Source: Chthoniobacteraceae bacterium (GTDB taxonomy: Bacteria > Verrucomicrobiota > Verrucomicrobiia > Chthoniobacterales > Chthoniobacteraceae). Taken from it: a stretch of 50,929 nt of DNA. The stretch lies in contig JANNXQ010000274.1 in assembly GCA_031409655.1 (NCBI GenBank), positions 1 to 50,929 of the forward strand. Reading direction: 5' to 3'. The translations under genes and the position numbers were made by a program. The notes beneath the pieces were generated by a model. It made no database searches and was not told where the DNA came from. It saw nothing but the letters and a program-made list of their open reading frames with translations. This document shows, one piece after another, positions 44,631 to 50,929 of this stretch. Positions within the stretch are counted from its first letter, which is position 1; the number at the start of each line of letters is the position of its first letter.

Positions 44631-46866
44631 ACGTAACGATCAAATCCAGCTACACACTCTTCGCCGCCCTCCTGCTCGCACCGTTGGCCGCGTTGCACGC
44701 CGCTGAACCTGTCACCATCGACCTCAGCAAGCGCACCTGGCAGGGCATTCCGGGGATCGAACGCACCGCGAAGGGCCGCGTGTTTGCCTCATGGTTCACC
44801 GGCGGGCCAAAGGAGCCGTCGCCGGACAATACGGTCGTGCTTTCACGCAGCGATGACGGTGGAAAAACCTTCAGCTCGCCCGAGGCGATGGCGTTGCCTT
44901 TGAGCGACGGCACCCGCTGCTTTGATCCCACCCTCTGGATCGATTCAAAGGGGCGCCTTTGGTATGTCTTCAATCGCGGCAACAAGGACACCGCGAAGCA
45001 CGACGTGTGGGCTCGCATCTGCGACGATCCCGATGCCTCGCTGCCGGTGTGGGGAGCGGAATTTCGCGTCGGCTACGACGTCCCGTTCGCCTTCCGCATG
45101 AACAAGCCGACTGTGCTTTCCTCTGGCGAATGGATCATGCCGGTCACTCACGCCGCGGAACCGGCGCATGATTGGTTTCCCTTCGCGACTCAGCTTCAAG
45201 GTGTCGGCATCTCGAACGATGAGGGCAGGTCGTGGAAGTTGCATGGCGCACTGAAGGCGCCGAAGTGGGCGCTCGAGTGCATGATTACGCAGTTGCGCGA
45301 TGGCCGATTGTGGCTGCTCACGCGCACGGGCGGTGGCTTCCTTTGGGAGAGTCACTCGGCCGACAAGGGCGTCACTTGGGACGAACCTAAGGCGAGCACC
45401 ATTGCAAATCCCGGTTCGCGCTTTTTCATCCGCCGACTCGCCTCAGGCAATTTGCTGCTCGTGAACCACCACAAGTTCAAAGGCCGCAGCCATCTCACGG
45501 CACAGCTCTCTGCCGACGACGGTGCGACATGGAATGACGGCCTGTTGCTTGACGAACGCGGCGGCGTCTCTTACCCCGACGGCGTGCAGGACAAAGACGG
45601 CCTCATCTGGATCACCTATGATCGGGACCGCAATGGCGCAGGCGACATCTTGATGGCCAAGTTCCGCGAGGAAGATGTAACGGCGGGCAAGAACATCTCT
45701 GGTGCGGTGACGCTGAAGCAGGTGATCAACAAGCTCAACAAACCAACCCTGCTCCCGCCCGGCTGGAATCCGAAGCGTGCAGGCGATGAAGTGCTGACCA
45801 CTCTCATCAAAGTCAGCGCGCCGCAGGTGAAGGGCGCACACGATGCGGACCTCGTCTTGGTTGGCGAGCGTGCGTTCGTCGTCGAGCACGACAATGACAT
45901 CAAGCCGGGCCACGGCGCGGGGAAGGATCAGTATTGCGTGCTGACGGTCGTGAATGTGAAGACGATGAGCGTGGAGCGAGTCGTGCCGATGGCCAAGTCT
46001 GCGCAGGCTTTCGCCAATGAAACGCTGCCGGTGGGTGCCTGCTTTGTCCCGCGCATCATCCGGCTCAACGATACGACGCTGCGCTGCTTCTTTGTCTGCG
46101 AGGATCAGAGCGGAAAAAGCCAGTCGCAGACATGGTATCGCGACTTCGACATCGCCTCGCTCACCTTCGCGCCGGACATCCATCGCGTGAAGCTCAAGAC
46201 CAGCGACGGCACCTTCGACATGCAGCCGCAGTATTTCCATGCGGATGCCGCGAAGCACGGCTTCAAGCAACCCGCGAAAGCCTTCGGTCTCTACCTGCTC
46301 GACGCGTTCAAGGTCATCGACGGCAAGACTTACCTCGCGATCAACAACTTCCAAGGCGCGCAGAACGCACTCGCGATGTTGAACGCCGCACGCGACACCA
46401 TTGAAATCATCGGCCACTACAACGAACCCGCCGAGCGCAGGCTCACCGAGTCCTCCGTCAATCGCCTGCCCGACGGCACTTGGATGGCCATCTGCCGCAC
46501 CGAGAGCGGAGATCGAAACTACGTCTTTTCCACCAGCAAGGATGGCAAGGCGAGCCGCGTCCCTTTGTCAGCAAAGGCAGCAACTCCAAGCCGACCTTCG
46601 ACAAGTTCAACGGCATCTACTACCTCGGCTGGCAGGAGGCCACGCGCATCACCGATGGCCACGGTGTCGGTCGCTATATCTTCAACATCGAAGTCTCCCG
46701 CGACTGCATGAACTGGGAGCGCAAATACCGCTTCGAGTCCGCCGACTCCTTCCAGTATCCGACCTTCCGCCAGCACGACGGCAGGATCTGGTTCACCGTC
46801 ACCCAAGGCACCGGCGGCAGCACCGACCGCATCATGTTTGGAAGGCTGGAAACCTCTAAACTGTGA
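44627..46866 (+). pseudogene. Two-domain BNR/sialidase-like (Asp-box propeller) protein with a frameshift near 46550
   Basis: S.D.G.TW/F Asp boxes, SYPD; C-terminus continues in the 46480-46866 frame (SKPTFDKF...FQYPTF). Confidence 0.78.
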
Positions 46867-47087
46867 AACCGACCGTCACACTTCTCACCGCCCTGCTGCT
46901 GGCACCGCTGGCCACACTTAATGCAGTCGCACCACCTGCCAAGTCCAACATCCTCTTCATCCTCACCGATAACGAAGGACTTAGCGATGTCGGGTGCTAT
47001 GGCTCGGACCGGTTCAAAGGCAAGACGCCGAACATTGATGCGCTCGGGGCGAGGCGACGATTGTCTTTGCGCAACAGCCCGACATAA
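46863..47087 (+). pseudogene. Truncated sulfatase N-terminus
   Basis: Signal peptide plus NILFILTD.EG..DVGCYG....TPNIDAL, ending before the CxPxR motif. Confidence 0.8.
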
Positions 47088-47170
47088 CGAAGGAACTCTT
47101 CGCGGCGCAGAAGGCGGCCATCGCACGCGAGAGGAGCCGTTAAGCAGCAACATACTTTCTCTCTAAAACT

Positions 47171-48523
47171 ATGAGACCCATCCTCACCCTCCTCTGCGCC
47201 ACACTTTCTCTGCTTCTGACGTCTCTGCGTGCCGAAGATGAGGGGAAGCCGAACATCGTCCTCTTTTACATGGATGATCTCTCAGCAGGACTCATCGGCT
47301 GCTATGGCGGCGGACCAGCTCCGACGCCGAACATCGACTCGATAGCGAAGAATGGTGTGCGCTTCACCGATGGCTACGTCACAGCCTGCGCTTGCAGCCC
47401 GAGTCGCGCCGGATTGATGAGCGGCAAATACCAATCGCGCTTCGGGCATGACTCGAATCAGGATGCGACTCCAGGCATGGACTTGAAGACCACACTGCTG
47501 CCGCAGCGCCTGAAACAAGCGGGCTACACGACAGCGATCATCGGCAAATGGCATCTTGGTGAGGGCAAAGAATACCTGCCCGTGTCGCGTGGCTTTGATC
47601 ACAGCTTTGGCTCAGTCGCCAATCTTGAGCAGGATAGGAAGACTAGGAAATCCATGTCGAACTACTATGAGGCGGATCAAATCATCACCTCTCCCGGCCT
47701 GCAGTCCGACGAGTATCTCATCAGCTCTCCGCTGTATGCGAAGAAGGCCTGTGAGTTCATCGACCAGCACCACAGCAAGCCTTTCTTCCTCTACCTGCCA
47801 TTCAATGCAGCCCATGCTCCGGCGGTTTCATCCGATCACTGGAAGGACAAGATGACCGCCCTCGGAGTCCCAAAGGAATTGCTGCACAAAGCTGCGCAGA
47901 TGGGCGAGATGGACGAGGCCATCGGCACCGTCCTCGCCAAACTGCGCGCACTGGAGATCGAGGACAAGACGATCATCTTTTGCATCGCCGACAATGGCCG
48001 CGCCGACGCCTCCGGCGGGCCCGATGGCGGCGATGGCTCACTCGGGATGCGAGGCGGTAAATGGCACCTCTACGAGGCCGGTATCCGCGTGCCATGGCTC
48101 ATGCAGTGGAAGGGACACATCCCTGCAAAGCAAGTCATCACCAACCCCGTGATCCAGCTCGACATCGCGCCCACGGTATTGAAACAAGCTGGCGTTCAGC
48201 TCCAGCCTGAGTGGGGGCTCGATGGAGTCGATCTCCTGCCACTCGTCACTGGCAAGACCCAGACTTTAGAGCGTCATGAACTTTATTGGCGAGTCGATAG
48301 CGATCAGATGGCCATTCGCAAAGGCCCGTGGAAATTGGTCCGAACCGCCTTCAATAAAGCCCCGAAACTGTATGATCTCGGCAAGGATTTTGGCGAGACG
48401 AAGAACCTCGCCACCGAGCACGCCGACACCGTCAAGGAACTGCAGGACCTCTGGGACACATGGAACCAAGGCATGAAACCCGTCACAAGGAAGCCCCGCC
48501 GCGGTAAGGCTGCGGACGAATAA
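47171..48523 (+). CDS. Sulfatase (formylglycine-dependent, S1)
   Basis: PNIVLFYMDDL, CSPSRAGLMSG, GKWHLG and YEAGIRVP motifs. Confidence 0.95.
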   Translation: MRPILTLLCATLSLLLTSLRAEDEGKPNIVLFYMDDLSAGLIGCYGGGPAPTPNIDSIAKNGVRFTDGYVTACACSPSRAGLMSGKYQSRFGHDSNQDATPGMDLKTTLLPQRLKQAGYTTAIIGKWHLGEGKEYLPVSRGFDHSFGSVANLEQDRKTRKSMSNYYEADQIITSPGLQSDEYLISSPLYAKKACEFIDQHHSKPFFLYLPFNAAHAPAVSSDHWKDKMTALGVPKELLHKAAQMGEMDEAIGTVLAKLRALEIEDKTIIFCIADNGRADASGGPDGGDGSLGMRGGKWHLYEAGIRVPWLMQWKGHIPAKQVITNPVIQLDIAPTVLKQAGVQLQPEWGLDGVDLLPLVTGKTQTLERHELYWRVDSDQMAIRKGPWKLVRTAFNKAPKLYDLGKDFGETKNLATEHADTVKELQDLWDTWNQGMKPVTRKPRRGKAADE

Positions 48524-48544
48524 CACACGTTTCCACTCCCCTTC

Positions 48545-49936
48545 ATGACCAGTAAATCAATGCACCCCATAAAATCACTCATCCTCACCCTGCTGCTGAT
48601 CCCGCTATCTGCGCTGCATGCCGCTGATGTGAACTCGCCACTCCTGTCTGGTGCGTCACGTCCCAACGTCATCGTCATCCTTGCAGACGACCTCGGCTAC
48701 GAATGCCTCGGGGCCAACGGCGGCAAGTCCTACCAGACGCCGCACCTGGATGGGCTCGCACGCACGGGCGTGCGCTTCGCGCAATGCTATGCACAGCCGA
48801 ACTGCACGCCGACGCGCGTGCAGATGATGACCGGCATGTCGAACGTGCGGAACTACGTGAGCTTCGGCTCGCTGGAAAAATCGCAGACGACCTTCGGCCA
48901 TTTGTTCCGCGATGCCGGCTACGCCACCTGCATCGCTGGCAAGTGGCAACTCGGTTCCAAGGATGCCTCGCTGCCCAGGCACTTCGGCTTCGATGAGCAC
49001 TGCCTGTGGTCGCTGCTCGGACGTGGCGAGCGCTACGCCGATCCCAGCCTCTCGGTAAATGGCGAGTTCAAAACCTTTGCCGGAAAATACGGGCCCGACG
49101 TGTGCCAGGAGTTCGTCGTCGATTTCATCCGCCGCAATCGCAGTAAGCCGTTTCTGGTCTATTACCCGATGATCCTCACGCACGGGCATTACGAGGCGAC
49201 GCCGGACAGCAAGGACTACGGCCAGCCCGGTGCGAAAGCGAAGGCGGCCGATCAGCAACACTTCGCCGACATGGTGGCCTACATGGACAAGCAGATCGGC
49301 GGCTTGATGAAGGAACTCGAATCCCTCGGCCTGAGCGACAACACGCTCCTCCTTTTCACCGGCGACAATGGCACGGGCCGCGGCGCGACCTCGACGCTGG
49401 AGGACGGAAGCGAGCAGGACGGGGAAAAAGGCAGCACCACTCGCGGCGGCATGCATGTGCCGCTCATCGCGAGCTGGCCCGGCAAAATGAAGCCCGGCAC
49501 CGTTTGTCCCGACCTCGTGGACATGACCGATTTCCTGCCCGCGATCTGCGAAGCGGCGGGCGTCGCCGTCCCGAAAACGCTGACCCTAGATGGCCGCAGT
49601 TTCCTCCCGCAAGTGCGCGGCGAGAATGGCCAGCCGCGCGATTGGATTTACAGCTACTGGGTGCCGCTGCGCGCGTCGCAAACGAAGAATGTCGGCAGTC
49701 GCGGCGCGGTGGAGCAGGCGTTTGATCAGCACTTCAAGCTCTACAGCACCGGCAAGTTTTTCGACCTCGACAAGGACGTGGAGGAAAATTCGCCGCAGCA
49801 AATTGCCGAATTAAAAGGCGAGGCCGCCGCCGCCGCGCACAAACTCCAGGCGGCGCTGGAGCAATTCAAGGACGCCCGCCCCGCCAGCCTGAGTCCGCCG
49901 GTTGTGCCCGGTGAAAAGAAGAAAAGGAACAAGTGA
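48545..49936 (+). CDS. Sulfatase (formylglycine-dependent, S1); start 48545 or 48560
   Basis: PNVIVILADDLG, CTPTRVQMMTG, GKWQLG and GDNG motifs. Confidence 0.95.
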   Translation: MTSKSMHPIKSLILTLLLIPLSALHAADVNSPLLSGASRPNVIVILADDLGYECLGANGGKSYQTPHLDGLARTGVRFAQCYAQPNCTPTRVQMMTGMSNVRNYVSFGSLEKSQTTFGHLFRDAGYATCIAGKWQLGSKDASLPRHFGFDEHCLWSLLGRGERYADPSLSVNGEFKTFAGKYGPDVCQEFVVDFIRRNRSKPFLVYYPMILTHGHYEATPDSKDYGQPGAKAKAADQQHFADMVAYMDKQIGGLMKELESLGLSDNTLLLFTGDNGTGRGATSTLEDGSEQDGEKGSTTRGGMHVPLIASWPGKMKPGTVCPDLVDMTDFLPAICEAAGVAVPKTLTLDGRSFLPQVRGENGQPRDWIYSYWVPLRASQTKNVGSRGAVEQAFDQHFKLYSTGKFFDLDKDVEENSPQQIAELKGEAAAAAHKLQAALEQFKDARPASLSPPVVPGEKKKRNK

Positions 49937-49946
49937 CCGCAAACTC

Positions 49947-50929
49947 ATGAAGCCGCGCCGCCTTTGCTCCGTCACCGCCCTGTTGTTCGTGCCGCTCGCT
50001 GCGCTCTGCGCTGAGGCTGCGCCAGAAACGATCCGCTGCGAGCTCGCGGTGATCGGGGGCGGCAGTGGCGGATTGGGCGCGGCGCTCGCGGCGGCGCGGC
50101 TCGGCGTGGACGTGGTGCTCGTGGAGCGCAGCGACAAACTCGGCGGCAATTCGGTGCGCGGCGGCGTGAACATCTGGGAGCCGGGGCTCGGCGGGACGGG
50201 GTTTCCATTTGAGATTTACCGGCGGCTGAGGCGCGAGCCGAAGGCGGTGGGCATTTACTCGATGGGGCGGCACATGGGCACCTTCGACCCGAAGCGCGAG
50301 GCGTATCCATTTCCCGGCGGTGAGACGGTGATCGATCCGGCGCTCGGCTACCTCGATTCACTGCGGCGCCACGGTCTCTCGCATTCGCAACTGCACGGCG
50401 TGGTGTTCGAGCCGGAGGCGATGGCGAAGACGATGCTCGCGATGCTGGAGGAGACGGGGCATTGCCGCGTGCTGTTCCGGACGGAGTTCAAGCGCGTCGC
50501 GATGAGTCCGACGAACGCGGGGCGGATTCAAAATGTTACTTTGCAAAAAGTCCGCTTCGCCGACGGCAAGTCGATCGTGGAAAGCCGGACGCTGGTCGCC
50601 GACTATTTCGTGGATGCGACGGGCGACGGTCTCGTGTGCGAGGAAGCCGGCTGCACGATGATGACGGGGCAGGAGCCGCGCTCGCAATTTGACGAGCCAG
50701 GCGCGCCCGCCGAAGCCACGCCGCGCGTGAATGGCGTGAGCCTGCTGTATCGCGTGACGCCAGTCGCGACGCCCGCCGTGGAGCCGCTGCCCGAGGGCAT
50801 CGCGCCGGAATGCTGGTGGGCGAAGAAATTTCCCGTCGCGCAGATCAATCACTACCCGAATGGCGACCTGAACGTGAACATGCTGCCGACGATGGAGGGC
50901 GTGGAGTTCATGAAGCTCGGCTGGGTGGA
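49947..50929 (+). CDS. Secreted FAD-dependent oxidoreductase (partial, runs off the window)
   Basis: Read directly from DNA: signal peptide, VIGGGSGGLGAALAAARLG..V.LVE....LGG, FVDATGDG. Confidence 0.85.
   Translation, partial: MKPRRLCSVTALLFVPLAALCAEAAPETIRCELAVIGGGSGGLGAALAAARLGVDVVLVERSDKLGGNSVRGGVNIWEPGLGGTGFPFEIYRRLRREPKAVGIYSMGRHMGTFDPKREAYPFPGGETVIDPALGYLDSLRRHGLSHSQLHGVVFEPEAMAKTMLAMLEETGHCRVLFRTEFKRVAMSPTNAGRIQNVTLQKVRFADGKSIVESRTLVADYFVDATGDGLVCEEAGCTMMTGQEPRSQFDEPGAPAEATPRVNGVSLLYRVTPVATPAVEPLPEGIAPECWWAKKFPVAQINHYPNGDLNVNMLPTMEGVEFMKLGWV

Noticed and set aside
1..50929. CRISPR arrays, tRNA/rRNA, IS transposases, integrases, phage or defence genes
   Set aside because: None recognised in the DNA or ORF track

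Overview
GC-rich bacterial chromosome window, almost certainly Verrucomicrobia, probably a free-living Chthoniobacterales-like lineage. The basis is an Amuc_1098-1102-type pilus/secretin cluster, a PEP-CTERM protein and a sulfatase/BNR array. The left two-thirds is on the minus strand: rpmF, yceD, coaD, gnd, a REC-HDOD regulator, three tandem TPR-GT41 (OGT/SPINDLY-like) genes, a LarA homologue, two secreted hydrolase-like genes, rnd, a divergent rho, coaE, the five-gene pilus cluster, two large secreted choice-of-anchor-Q proteins bracketed by an 82-bp duplication of the 3' end of a UDP-glucuronate decarboxylase gene, an XylR-type regulator and an ABM protein. The right third is on the plus strand. 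It opens with a cobalamin riboswitch (T-loop, B12 box and L5-L13 kissing loop all visible) ahead of four secreted/surface protein genes: a DUF4465-like PEP-CTERM protein, two proteins sharing a putative B12-binding domain (one on an Ig stalk) and a propeller-like protein. No BtuB or ABC transporter is present, and this operon is the best candidate for an undescribed system, namely surface B12 capture. Next come DJ-1/PfpI, a TIM-barrel isomerase and a partly decayed, translationally coupled array of secreted enzymes that share a stereotyped signal-peptide DNA motif. All family calls are by eye from motifs; no searches were run.
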